Source of the DNA: Myxococcota bacterium
Lineage (GTDB): Bacteria; Myxococcota_A; UBA9160; UBA4427
Length of the DNA stretch: 64,000 bases
Assembly: GCA_045106235.1 (NCBI GenBank)
Contig: JBGCEJ010000023.1
Location: 129,052-193,051, forward strand
Direction: 5' to 3'
The notes below the pieces were generated by a model that was given only the letters and a program-made list of their open reading frames with translations, was not told where the DNA came from and ran no database searches. A program made the position numbers and the translations under genes. Positions 8,773 through 18,453 of the stretch are shown here, one piece after another (the stretch's first letter is position 1; every line of letters starts with the position of its first letter).

Positions 8773-9612
8773 TTGAGGAGTGCGGTTTTGGAGTTTTCGG
8801 GCAAGCAAGCAGTGGTCGTGGGCGGTGCGAGTGGGATTGGGCGCGGGACTGCGCTGGAACTGGCACGGCGTGGTTGTGATGTTCTGATCGCGGATATTCA
8901 CGAAGAGCGGATCGCTGAGGCCGTCGAAGCCGTTTCGGAGACCGGACAGAAGGCGATTGGGCAGCGCTGCGATATCACCGTCGATGCGGACGTGGCGGCG
9001 CTTCAGGAGACCGCACTCCGGGAACTCGGGCAGGTCGATCTCCTTGTGAACAGCGCCGGCGCTTCCTTGCTCGGCGCGCTCGAAGAGATTGAGATGGACC
9101 AATGGCAATGGCAGCTCGAGGTGAACCTCCTTGGGGTGATTCGGACCTGCAAAGCCTTTCTTCCTCACTTGATCGAGCGGCGCTCGGGGACGATCGTGAA
9201 CGTGGCTTCAATCGCGGGACTCTACGCCTACAGCTACGACGCAGTTCCTTATGCGACCTCGAAGTTTGGCTGCGTGGGCTACAGCGAAGGGCTCGCGGTG
9301 TATCTCGGCAGTCGAGGCATCAAGGTCTCGGTGGTTTGCCCGGGGCTTGTGACGACGAATTTGGGCGAGAATGCGCGCATTCTCGGCGTGGAGGATCCGG
9401 GCAGCTTTATTCATTTCCCCGAGCATATGCAGAGACCGATCGGCCCTGACGAAGTGGGGACCATGATTGCCGACGGAGTCGCCGAGGGGCGCTTCATGAT
9501 CCTCACGCATCCCGAGGACGGCCCGCTCTTGGCGAAGCGACGAGAGGACTACGACGCCGCGATTGCGGAGCAGGTCGCGACGGCACCGGATCCGTTTAAG
9601 GGGCGGGGCTAG
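8773..9612 (+). CDS. SDR-family oxidoreductase
   Basis: Cofactor motif is VVGGASGIGRG, followed by NSAG. Catalytic motif is YATSKFG (YxxxK). Confidence 0.85.
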   Translation: MRSAVLEFSGKQAVVVGGASGIGRGTALELARRGCDVLIADIHEERIAEAVEAVSETGQKAIGQRCDITVDADVAALQETALRELGQVDLLVNSAGASLLGALEEIEMDQWQWQLEVNLLGVIRTCKAFLPHLIERRSGTIVNVASIAGLYAYSYDAVPYATSKFGCVGYSEGLAVYLGSRGIKVSVVCPGLVTTNLGENARILGVEDPGSFIHFPEHMQRPIGPDEVGTMIADGVAEGRFMILTHPEDGPLLAKRREDYDAAIAEQVATAPDPFKGRG

Positions 9613-9672
9613 GGCGCTCTCCCGCGGCGAAAGCTCGCAATTTCGCGTTGGGGTCCCGCGCAGGGCCCGGCG

Positions 9673-10302
9673 TTATTGCGCTCTCGATTCCACCTGGCTG
9701 GTTTCGAAGCCGCCGGTCAAGAAGTCCAAGAGCAACTGCTCAAGGATTGGGCGTGGCGGATTGTCGGCGCCGCTGGGGAGGGCGTCCATGCCTGCGAGGG
9801 TGCGCAGGATCAGGTGGATGGCCCATTCGAGTCGGAGCTCCAGCTGCGGCGGGGGCATGTCCGGGAGCGCTCGGCAGAGCAAGGGGAGGAGGCGGTCGAC
9901 GCCTCCGGAGAAGCGTTGTTGCGAGAAAACCGAGTAGAGGTCGCCGTCGGTCTGAAGCCGATAGATGAGACGCAGGTAGCGCTGTCCCTCCTTCTCTTGC
10001 TCGGCGAGAAGTTCCGTGAGAGGGCGCATGATCACGTCCAGGATATCTCGCGCCGTGGGTGCGCCGGGTTGGCTGTCCAGGTCATCGAGTAGTGCGCTTC
10101 GGCGTTTCATGAGCGCCGGCATGCGGCGTTCAAGGAGTGCTTCGATCAGCGCCTCTTTTGTCTTGAAATGATAGTGCAGTGCCGCGGGTGAGAGGCCGGC
10201 GTCAGCGTTGATCGTCCGCAGCGAAACGCGCGCGAGTCCGTGTTCCGCGAAGAGCGACTCGGCGCAGTCCAGCAGCTTTTCGCGAGTGGAGGGGCGCGGC
10301 AT
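9673..10302 (-). CDS. TetR-family transcriptional regulator
   Basis: The N-terminal HTH is REKLLDCAESLFAEHGLARVSLRTINADAGLSPAALHYHFKTKEAL. Confidence 0.85.
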   Translation of the reverse strand: MPRPSTREKLLDCAESLFAEHGLARVSLRTINADAGLSPAALHYHFKTKEALIEALLERRMPALMKRRSALLDDLDSQPGAPTARDILDVIMRPLTELLAEQEKEGQRYLRLIYRLQTDGDLYSVFSQQRFSGGVDRLLPLLCRALPDMPPPQLELRLEWAIHLILRTLAGMDALPSGADNPPRPILEQLLLDFLTGGFETSQVESRAQ

Positions 10303-10512
10303 TTTTGAACTCTAACGAAAGCCGGACTTCATTCCATCATCGGCGGAAGCTGAAATAATGGACGATGCAGCCGATCTGACCGCCTTGTATGCTTTACGAA
10401 AGCGTCCGCACGGTTGTACAGGGCGTTCAGGGGCAAAGTGTAACGACTAGCAAAGCGTCGCGACGAATCACCACGGGTTGCAATGACCAAAAAGAGAGAA
10501 GGAGTACGAAGC

Positions 10513-11082
10513 ATGGCGAATGAGGAATTTGGGCCGCTCGCAGGGCTGATTGGGACTTGGTACGGCGACCAGGGAGTCAATATCTCTTACGACTATGGCG
10601 TCAAGGAAGTCATCGAGACGCGGTACACGGAGACGGCGACCTTTAATATCGTCGGTGACGTGACCAATGGGAATCAGACGCTTTGGGTGCTCGACTACAC
10701 CACGGCCGCCAAGCGTGTGGGCGAGGAGGATGTGTTTCACACGGAGCTTGGGTATTGGCTCTGGGATCCCAAGAGAGGCGAGGTGATGCGCTGTTTCATG
10801 GTTCCTCGTGGCTCGACCATTCTGGCAGGTGGGACCTGTGATGCTTCGGCGACGAATTTTGATATGGAGGCCAAGATCGGCGAAGAGGCTTTCGGGGTGC
10901 TGTCGAATCCGTATTTGATTGAGCATGCGAAATGCGTGCGGTACACAAACTCGGTTTGGATCGACGGTGAGACTTGGCGCTACGAAGAAAATACCGTCAT
11001 GACCATGACGGCGACGGGCAACACCATGGACCATACGGATAAGAATACACTCGAGAAGGTGACCGCCTCGATCGGACGTTAG
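10513..11082 (+). CDS. Heme-binding beta-barrel (nitrobindin/THAP4-like, DUF1794) domain protein
   Basis: FGPLAGLIGTWYGDQGVN is the typical N-terminal motif. A GAAGGAG RBS lies 7 nt upstream of the ATG at 10513 (the ORF track begins at 10483). Confidence 0.55.
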   Translation: MANEEFGPLAGLIGTWYGDQGVNISYDYGVKEVIETRYTETATFNIVGDVTNGNQTLWVLDYTTAAKRVGEEDVFHTELGYWLWDPKRGEVMRCFMVPRGSTILAGGTCDASATNFDMEAKIGEEAFGVLSNPYLIEHAKCVRYTNSVWIDGETWRYEENTVMTMTATGNTMDHTDKNTLEKVTASIGR

Positions 11083-11108
11083 GCCGACCGGGCGCGAAAG
11101 GAGCGAGC

Positions 11109-11456
11109 GTGGAGCGCGGACTGATGATGGTCTTCAGTAATCCCACTTCTGCGGAGGACGCCGAGGCGTTCAATCAATGGTACGACGAGGTTCACCTTGG
11201 TGAGGTCTTGAGCGTACCCGGGGTGGTGGCTGCGAGTCGTTACGAGCTTGCCGATGCGCAGATGATGCCGGGAGAAGACGGGTTCGGTCGTCGTTTTTTG
11301 GCGATCTACGAGATTGAAGCCGATGACCTTGAGTCGGTCCGCGACCGCATTCGCGCGACTTCCGGAGACCGGACGCATAGCCCCACGCTTGAGCTCGATC
11401 CCTTGCCCGCGATGGCGATTTATCGATCTTTAGGTGGACGAATGCTCGGCGAGTAG
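11109..11456 (+). CDS. Small hypothetical protein, possibly dimeric alpha/beta-barrel (EthD/DUF4286-like)
   Basis: 115 aa. MVFSNPTSAEDAEAFNQWYDEVHLGEVLSVPGVVAASRYEL resembles EthD-like proteins. An AAGGAG lies upstream of the GTG start. Confidence 0.45.
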   Translation: MERGLMMVFSNPTSAEDAEAFNQWYDEVHLGEVLSVPGVVAASRYELADAQMMPGEDGFGRRFLAIYEIEADDLESVRDRIRATSGDRTHSPTLELDPLPAMAIYRSLGGRMLGE

Positions 11457-11478
11457 TCGAGTTCAGAAGGAGAAGGAC

Positions 11479-12255
11479 ATGGCGGGAAGACTCGAAGGGA
11501 AAGTGGCCATCGTGACGGGGGGATCTCGTGGGACGGGGGAGGCCACCGCGCGTCGATTTCATCAAGAGGGGGCGTCCGTTGTCATCGCCGATGTTCTGGA
11601 CGAGGCGGGCGAGGCGGTCGCAAATGATTTGGGTGAAGGGGCTGCGTATTTCCACCTCGATGTGACGAGTGAGTCGGATTGGGAGGGATGCTTGGCGGAC
11701 ACGAAAGCGCGTTTTGGTCGCGTCGATGTGCTCGTGAATAATGCTGCAATTTTGCATATCGCCCCCATTGAACAAACAAAGCTTGAAGACTGGGAGCGTG
11801 TGACCCGGGTGAACCAGACCGGTGCTTTCTTGGGGATTCGCGCCGTCGCGCCGTTTATGCGTGAAGCGGGGGGAGGTTCCATCGTCAATATCTCGTCGAT
11901 TGATGGGCTCGAGGGGATGAGCTTTGTTTCCGCGTATGCGTCCACGAAATGGGCGCTTCGGGGCCTCACTAAATGTGCTGCACTCGAGCTTGGTCGCGAC
12001 GGGATTCGGGTGAATGCGGTTTGTCCAGCGGGTGGGAGCGAGGAGATGTCCGCGCCCTGGCGACCTCCGGGATCCAGGGACAACTCGGGCTACACGGAGA
12101 AGCGGCCGATACAGAGGCGCGGGACCGTGGAGGAGATTGCGGCGATGGTGCTTTACCTGGCTTCAGATGAAGCGGCCTTCTGTACGGGCGGCGACTACCC
12201 GATCGATGGCGGCCATTCCTGCGGCAGCCTGCTGCCGGCGTTGCCGAAACGTTAG
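11479..12255 (+). CDS. SDR-family oxidoreductase (3-alpha/20-beta-hydroxysteroid dehydrogenase-like)
   Basis: Motifs are KVAIVTGGSRGTGEA, NNAA and YASTKWA. A GAAGGAG RBS precedes the ATG at 11479. Confidence 0.9.
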   Translation: MAGRLEGKVAIVTGGSRGTGEATARRFHQEGASVVIADVLDEAGEAVANDLGEGAAYFHLDVTSESDWEGCLADTKARFGRVDVLVNNAAILHIAPIEQTKLEDWERVTRVNQTGAFLGIRAVAPFMREAGGGSIVNISSIDGLEGMSFVSAYASTKWALRGLTKCAALELGRDGIRVNAVCPAGGSEEMSAPWRPPGSRDNSGYTEKRPIQRRGTVEEIAAMVLYLASDEAAFCTGGDYPIDGGHSCGSLLPALPKR

Positions 12256-13124
12256 GTCTCGCTGGTTTCAGTCTGCTCGGGTTCAGAGGGCTCGGTCAGC
12301 TTGATCGAGTCATCCAGCAATTGGATTCGGCGCGCCTTGTAGAGGCCGCCCACGGCGCGCTTGAACGCCTTTTTGCTGAGGCCGAGCTGCGCGCGGATTT
12401 CGTCGGGGGGGCTCTTGTCGGTGAGCGGGAGTGAGCCGCCGGCTGCGCGGAGTGCTTCTGCGAGCGTCTCTTGCGCATGGTCAGCGCCTTCGCGCCCACT
12501 TGCTGAAAGCGTGAGGTCGATCTTGCCGTCGGGTCGGACGCGGGCGATATAACCGCGACAGCGCGATCCGACCTCCGGTGGGAGTGCGCCACGCTCGTCA
12601 AAATAGAGAAGCCCGCCGTATTCGCCGTCGACGACCGCTTTGCAGCCGAGTTCGGTCTCATCGAAGATCAACAGGTCGACGCCGAGGCCCTCCCTGAGGC
12701 CTTCGGGCGGGGGCGAGAGATGGCCTTCGACTTTCATGGTGGCGATGGGGCGCTGCGAGATGCGGTCCACTTCGACGAAGACGATGACGTTTGCCTCCGC
12801 CGCAACCGGACCGATCTGCGAACGAAAAGGGAGAAAGAGGTCCTTGGGGAGTCCCCAATCGAGGAAGGCCCCTTTCGAGCCGACTTCGACGACCCGCAGA
12901 GATGCGAAATCTCCCGCGCGGGCAAGGGGCTCCTTCGTGGTGGCGACGGGGCGATCTTCAGAATCGGTATAGACGAAGACGGAGAGCGTCTCGCCGATTT
13001 CGGCATTGCGCGGCGCGACGGACTTCGGCAACAGGACTTCGCCTTGCTCACTCCCGAGGATGAGGCCCATGGGTACTTTGCGCATGATTTCGAGTTCGAG
13101 AGTTTGCGCGAGGGGAAGCGTCAT
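12252..13124 (-). CDS. S1-like RNA-binding domain protein (CvfB/YitL family)
   Basis: Repeated S1-like segments (GAFLDWGLPKDLFLP.., GYIARVRPDGKIDLT) and a C-terminal winged-helix-like SKKAFKRAVGGLYKARRI. Start trimmed to MTLPLAQ. Confidence 0.7.
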   Translation of the reverse strand: MTLPLAQTLELEIMRKVPMGLILGSEQGEVLLPKSVAPRNAEIGETLSVFVYTDSEDRPVATTKEPLARAGDFASLRVVEVGSKGAFLDWGLPKDLFLPFRSQIGPVAAEANVIVFVEVDRISQRPIATMKVEGHLSPPPEGLREGLGVDLLIFDETELGCKAVVDGEYGGLLYFDERGALPPEVGSRCRGYIARVRPDGKIDLTLSASGREGADHAQETLAEALRAAGGSLPLTDKSPPDEIRAQLGLSKKAFKRAVGGLYKARRIQLLDDSIKLTEPSEPEQTETSET

Positions 13125-13459
13125 GCAGAAGCCTTGGGAGCGCTGCGCCTTGAGCACGCGTCCTTTGATAACGGAGGAGCGCGGAGGCTAGCAGGCTCGC
13201 CTCGGAAACTGCAGTCGTGATGCGTCCTGCTGGAGGGGCACAGCCTGCGGCAGGGACGCGCGGAGATCGCCGGAAGGACTGAGGGATTGGCCTCTTGCCT
13301 ACGGCCTGCGACGAAGAGTTTCGTTTCGAAACGCGTTGCCCGGTCCACTTACTGAGGATCCCAATTAGATCGTCCTGCGTCCAGTTCCGTCAGGCAGCGT
13401 CTTGGTTGGGCAGTTCGTCCCGAAAGCCCGAAACCACTGGACGAGCGGAGAATATATAG

Positions 13460-15787
13460 ATGCAAGCCAGCCTTTCCCGTGTGATCGATACGATGAACCC
13501 TCAGCTGCGGCTCTGTGTTGCGATGAGTTTTCTTGTGATGCTCACGGCGGGATGTTTGTCGGGCGATGGCGGCGGTGGGGACTCCGATCTGGCGACGCCG
13601 GTCGCGCAGTTTTCTCAGTCCGAAACCGCAGGCACGCCGGGCACGGTGGTTGCGTTCGCGGATGAGTCGACGGGTTCGATTGAAGGGCGTGAGTGGGATT
13701 TCGGCGCGCTCGGCACGAGCACCGAAGCGAACCCGGTCATCACTTTTGACGAGGCCGGTGTGTACTCCGTCTCGCTGACCGTGCGCGGGCCGCGAGGCGA
13801 GAGCGTGATGGTGCGCGAGGATTTGATCGAGATCGCCGACGTTCCGACGGCGGGCTTCAGCTGCACGCCGAATCGGGGCTTTGTGCCGCATACCATTACG
13901 TGTACCGATGAATCATCGGATGCCTCGAGCTTCTCCTGGAATTTCGGGGACGGCGTCACGTCAAGCCGCCAAAATCCTTCTCATATTTTCGAGGAACCGG
14001 GCTCCTTTACGGTTCGACAGCGAGTGACGAGTGCGGGAGGGATCGATGTCCAGACGATGACGGTCGAGGTCTTGCCCTTTGACATCGTCGCCAGCGTGGT
14101 CGGCGGATCGGCTCCTCTGGACGTGATGTTCACGGCAGACGTGGGCACGGCGGACGGTGACGCTGCCTGGACGATTGATGGGCAGAGCTATCTCGGGCGG
14201 ACGATTACCCATCGGTTCTCGATGCCGGGGACGTTTTCCGTGCTGCTGGTTTTCGGAAACGTGGCGGAGAACATCGAGGATCGTCTGATCGGGATGAAGA
14301 TGCTTGAGTACGTGGTGGATTACGGTCCAGCGACAGCGGATTTCGAGCCGAGCACTTCGGCGGATTCGGGGCCGCTTACGGTGACGCTCCTGGATCGCTC
14401 GGGCGGGGAAGTGGATCAATGGGTTTGGGATTTCGGCGACGGCTCGGGCTGTACGTTCCCTGATCCGAATGAGCCCGGCGCGGCAGATCCCGTCGACGTG
14501 TGTGATGCGGCGAGTCCGACGCATGAATACGTCGCGGTTGGGAGCTACGACGTTTCGCTCCGGATTCAGGGGCCCGGCGAGAATGAGGGCGACGCGGCGA
14601 TCGAAGACGAAATCACGATCGCCGATGCGATCCGGGTGACCGCGCTCGATGCAAGCTTTGAAGGTCAGGCGACGGGAGCGGAGCTCACTGGGGGCTGGAC
14701 GACTTTGCGTCCGGAGAGCCCGACGGTTGTGGCCTCGCATATCGCTTTGGCCGGGGCGCCGGATGCCGGAATGCCGACGCAGGGAACGAAATGGGCGCTG
14801 CTCGATGGGCGCGGTACGGATGGCTCCGCTGACGTAGACCAGGTAGAAAACGGCATTCGGCAGGCGGTGATGCCGCCGGCGGATCAGCCGGTCTTGGAAT
14901 TCGACTATGTCCTCTTGTACGCGGAGCCCCCGACGGCGGGCACGCTGGATGCGGTGACGGCGACGATTGAGAACGGGGGCAGCATCATCGAGATCACGAG
15001 CGCTCGGATTGATGCAACGGAAGCCTATGCTGGATCCTCTGCGCGGTTCCCGACGGAAGACGGGAGCACGGTTCGCGCGACGGCCGTATACACGGCGAGT
15101 ATCAATCTGGCGGAGAGCTTTCCGGGCGTTTCGGGGCCTGAGCTCTATGACCTTACGATTCGAACGACGAATGCGATGAACGCGTTCCGAAGTCCTCGGG
15201 TCTATGTGGACAACCTGCGGTTCACCTCGGCGGCGGAGCCGATCACGGCGGCATTCAGCGTCGATTCGCTGCCCGTTGTGGCCGGCGACCCGGTCGGATT
15301 CATCGATGAGACCTGTCTCGATCCCGAGGCGGACGACTGTGTGGCCCCCACGAGCTGGCGCTGGGATTTCGGTTCGAAGGGGCTGGCGAGCCCGCCGGAG
15401 TCCGCGGCAAGCGCGGAGCAGGATCCCCTCTATACCTTCCCTGAAGCGGGCGAGTATGAGGTTCGAATGCGAGCGCGCGTAGGCGACCAGGAATCTGTGG
15501 CTACGCTTTCCCTGACCGTCCTCGAAGGACCGGAAGCCGATTTCGAGCTCCTCACGGCAGGGCCGTTTGCGGCGCCCGTGTCGATCGAGTTTGGCGATCT
15601 GTCCACAGCGGACGTGGATGATCCGATTGTCGCCTGGAGCTGGGACTTCGGCGGGTGGGGGACATCCACCCTGGCTACGCCGGCCCCTGTCAGCATCGGT
15701 CAAGCGGGACCTGTGTCTGTCCGATTGACCATAACGACGGATTCGGGTCGGACAGATACGGCCGAAATGATGATCCAGGTGGACTGA
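13460..15787 (+). CDS. Large PKD-repeat lipoprotein
   Basis: Lipobox is VMLTAGC. At least five PKD-like repeats carry W(D/N)FGDG or WDFG motifs. The start may be the Met at 13493. Confidence 0.85.
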   Translation: MQASLSRVIDTMNPQLRLCVAMSFLVMLTAGCLSGDGGGGDSDLATPVAQFSQSETAGTPGTVVAFADESTGSIEGREWDFGALGTSTEANPVITFDEAGVYSVSLTVRGPRGESVMVREDLIEIADVPTAGFSCTPNRGFVPHTITCTDESSDASSFSWNFGDGVTSSRQNPSHIFEEPGSFTVRQRVTSAGGIDVQTMTVEVLPFDIVASVVGGSAPLDVMFTADVGTADGDAAWTIDGQSYLGRTITHRFSMPGTFSVLLVFGNVAENIEDRLIGMKMLEYVVDYGPATADFEPSTSADSGPLTVTLLDRSGGEVDQWVWDFGDGSGCTFPDPNEPGAADPVDVCDAASPTHEYVAVGSYDVSLRIQGPGENEGDAAIEDEITIADAIRVTALDASFEGQATGAELTGGWTTLRPESPTVVASHIALAGAPDAGMPTQGTKWALLDGRGTDGSADVDQVENGIRQAVMPPADQPVLEFDYVLLYAEPPTAGTLDAVTATIENGGSIIEITSARIDATEAYAGSSARFPTEDGSTVRATAVYTASINLAESFPGVSGPELYDLTIRTTNAMNAFRSPRVYVDNLRFTSAAEPITAAFSVDSLPVVAGDPVGFIDETCLDPEADDCVAPTSWRWDFGSKGLASPPESAASAEQDPLYTFPEAGEYEVRMRARVGDQESVATLSLTVLEGPEADFELLTAGPFAAPVSIEFGDLSTADVDDPIVAWSWDFGGWGTSTLATPAPVSIGQAGPVSVRLTITTDSGRTDTAEMMIQVD

Positions 15788-15841
15788 TCAGGGGGATTTG
15801 CCTCCTCGGGGTCTTCCTGACCGAAGAGCGAGAGGCAAAGC

Positions 15842-16780
15842 GTGCGGATCGATCGATTGTTTCTTGCTCTGACGCTGTTCCTGACGATCGGGACGGCGGG
15901 CGCGGCGACAGGGCAAGCGGCACAAGGTGAAGACCGCTTCGAACGCGATCGGCTTCGTCGACGCGCCGTGGTTCAGCCTAACCTTCGGGTGCGGGCAGGC
16001 TACGCCGGCCGCTTTGTCGAAGAAACGGAAGCCACCAACGCTTCGTCGGGACTGACCTCGACCCTCGAATTCGACGGCTTTGATACCCATCTCGGTTTGA
16101 TTGATGCGACGCTGACGCTTCCTGTCACGCATTCGAGCGGCGCGCGATTCTCGCTCGAAGGTGGATTCGGCTCCGAAAGCCGGGACGATACGGCGGGGAG
16201 TCCGGATTCCGAGACGGGGACCTTTGGAGCGGGGTTCGATGTTTTTGTGCGCGATCCGAATCTCGGTGCCTTCACGTTAGGCGCCGGCTACGAGCGTTTC
16301 GAAGGCGACGACGACTACGAGGCGAACGCCTACGAAGGGCGCGCCGAGCTGGACATCTTTTTCCCGGACCTCGGGTCGGGCCCCGTCGATTGGTTCGTAC
16401 ATTTCAGTTTCGCTCGGCGGGACGACGCGAGCGCGCCTCGGACCTTCGAGCCGAATCGGGATCTCTTTTCGGTCGAGGGCGGTGCGGGCTGGTATTTCGG
16501 TGAGAACCTGCAGTGGGTTCTGGGCGGCCGCTGGTCGCTTGCAGAGAGTGATGACGCGGAAATCGAGATTCGTGAGGGCTTCACGGGCTTCCGCTGGTTC
16601 ATGCCGGTTCAAGAGGCGCTATCCGTGGAGTTCGATCTCGGTGGATTCGCCGGCATCAGCGACTATCAGGAAGATCCCTTCCGGTCCGATGGCCGATTCG
16701 CCTATGGCTTCGAGGGCGGTGTGACGCTGCGGTTCCGCTCGGGCGCAACGCTCCTCGAGTCAGTACGCGCGCACGATTAG
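15842..16780 (+). CDS. Secreted beta-rich protein, possible outer-membrane beta-barrel
   Basis: Signal peptide is LFLALTLFLTIGTAGAATGQA. Alternating G/aromatic-rich strands (GAGYERFEG, GGAGWYFG, GGRWSL, YGFEGGVTLRF). GTG start 55 nt after the PKD gene. Confidence 0.5.
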   Translation: MRIDRLFLALTLFLTIGTAGAATGQAAQGEDRFERDRLRRRAVVQPNLRVRAGYAGRFVEETEATNASSGLTSTLEFDGFDTHLGLIDATLTLPVTHSSGARFSLEGGFGSESRDDTAGSPDSETGTFGAGFDVFVRDPNLGAFTLGAGYERFEGDDDYEANAYEGRAELDIFFPDLGSGPVDWFVHFSFARRDDASAPRTFEPNRDLFSVEGGAGWYFGENLQWVLGGRWSLAESDDAEIEIREGFTGFRWFMPVQEALSVEFDLGGFAGISDYQEDPFRSDGRFAYGFEGGVTLRFRSGATLLESVRAHD

Positions 16781-17892
16781 GTCTCGTCGACCGCTGTCCC
16801 GCGTGGGTTGCGGTCCTCGGCACGCGGACGCAATCGGAAATGGCCGACGTACCATTCGCGGCCCTCGTCGAAGCCGAAGAGTTCCTCGCAGGCCATCAGG
16901 AACATCCGCCATCTTTGGACCGCACGGCGCGTGTCGGTCGAAGGTGTTTCCGGCGTTTTCGGCGTGCCGAAGAGCGCTTCGAGTGCGGGCCGCTTTGCAT
17001 CGAGCTGGTCGAGCCAGGCCCGAAGCGTGCGCGCGTAGTGGCGTCCGTCGATCTTCCATTCCGCCTCGACTTCGAGAGCGCTTTCGATCGCGCGGGGGAG
17101 TGCGAAGCTGGGCATGATGCCCCCCGAAAAGAAATTGCGGGCCATCCAGTCGGGTTCGCCTTCGTCCTCGAAATAGTAGGGATGCTGGCGATGACAAAAG
17201 ACATGCATGAAAAAGCGGCCGGTCGGGACCAGGGCCGCTTCGATGCGGTCGAAGAGGACTCCCCAGTTCTGCATATGCTCAAACATCTCGACGGAGACGA
17301 CGCGATCAAAGCCCTCTTCGGAGAGCGATGAGAAATCGAGGGTCGATGCATCGGCGGTGACGACACGAACGGTCGCCCAGCCGGGTTGATCGACGCAGGA
17401 TTCGATCCAGGCGCGTTGTGTCGCCGAGTTTGAAACGGAAATGATCTCACAGCGCGGATAGTGTTCGGCCACGTAGCGCGTGAATGATCCCCAGCCGCAG
17501 CCCAGGTCCAGGATTCGCTGACCGTCTTCGATCCCGGCGCGTTCACAGGTGAGCTGGAGCGTGTGGCGTTCGGCCTCCGCGAGTGAAGCGTCCGCGCCCG
17601 GGTACTCGCAGGCGCTGTATTTGAGATAGGGGCCGAGGATTTCCTGGAAGAACGCGGTGGGGACTTCGTAATGCTGCGTGTTGGCTTCGCCGGTATGCGA
17701 GGCGACGGGGCCCTCGGCGAGCTGCCTTGCGAAGGCCTGCGGTGTCCGGCCCGTCCGCGCCTCGTCCTGGGCGCGCTGCGCACAGATGCTGCGGATGCCG
17801 AATCGGATGAGGGCGTCGGGGAGGTCGCCGCGCTCTGCTGCGTCCATTGCCCAGGCGAGCCCCGCGGCGGGAATCAAGTCGACGAGTGCCAT
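16777..17892 (-). CDS. Cyclopropane-fatty-acyl-phospholipid-synthase-family SAM methyltransferase
   Basis: HYEVPTAFFQEILGPYLKYSACEY, ILDLGCGWGSF, VSVEMFEHM and GGIMPS are CFA-synthase/mycolic-acid methyltransferase family motifs. Confidence 0.85.
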   Translation of the reverse strand: MALVDLIPAAGLAWAMDAAERGDLPDALIRFGIRSICAQRAQDEARTGRTPQAFARQLAEGPVASHTGEANTQHYEVPTAFFQEILGPYLKYSACEYPGADASLAEAERHTLQLTCERAGIEDGQRILDLGCGWGSFTRYVAEHYPRCEIISVSNSATQRAWIESCVDQPGWATVRVVTADASTLDFSSLSEEGFDRVVSVEMFEHMQNWGVLFDRIEAALVPTGRFFMHVFCHRQHPYYFEDEGEPDWMARNFFSGGIMPSFALPRAIESALEVEAEWKIDGRHYARTLRAWLDQLDAKRPALEALFGTPKTPETPSTDTRRAVQRWRMFLMACEELFGFDEGREWYVGHFRLRPRAEDRNPRGTAVDET

Positions 17893-17893
17893 C

Positions 17894-18445
17894 TCAGAGT
17901 CCGTCGCAGCCGGGTTCGCCCTTCACGGGCCCCACGATTTCGTTTGTGATCCACCCGCCGTAAAAGCCGCCGGGTTGAGGCCGTACGCGTTCACCGTCCA
18001 CGGAGCATTCGACCTGCGCAGGATAGAAAGCGATCCATCCTGCGATCTCAGCAAATTCCGCATAGGTGTCGGGATAAACCCACCCAACAGAGGGCGGGCC
18101 GTCCTTCATGCCCAGGTCGAGCGCGATTCCTTTCCACTCACAATGAGATCGTCCGCCCGTCTCGACGAGAGAAGTGAGCGCTACGTCTTCGGGCGGCAGG
18201 TAATAGGTCGGGGGGCTCGCCGTCTCGAGGATGCGCAGGCTTCGGTTTGTCTTCGCGAGGACGATTTCTCCCGACTTCACTTCCACGAGGCGCGGGTCGG
18301 GCTGAATCCGGGGTGGCCGAGGATAGTCCCAGACCGATTCCTGGCCGACTTCCGGCGCTTTCGCGAAGGCGGGGCGGGTGCTCCCCTGATACGTCCATTG
18401 GCGGCGCATGCGCTCGACTTGTTTGCTTGGTTTCAGGATGGCCAT
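17894..18445 (-). CDS. DUF427-domain protein
   Basis: ESVWDYPRPP, SPPTYYLP and HCEWKGIA are DUF427-like motifs. It lies 1 nt from the downstream gene. Confidence 0.65.
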   Translation of the reverse strand: MAILKPSKQVERMRRQWTYQGSTRPAFAKAPEVGQESVWDYPRPPRIQPDPRLVEVKSGEIVLAKTNRSLRILETASPPTYYLPPEDVALTSLVETGGRSHCEWKGIALDLGMKDGPPSVGWVYPDTYAEFAEIAGWIAFYPAQVECSVDGERVRPQPGGFYGGWITNEIVGPVKGEPGCDGL

Positions 18446-18453
18446 GCCCGGGA

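Noticed and set aside
13961-15703. 580-aa ORF on the minus strand, antisense to the PKD lipoprotein gene
   Set aside because: It is Arg/Pro/His-rich with no domain signatures, a typical shadow ORF of a GC-rich coding region. The sense strand has clear PKD repeats and a lipobox.
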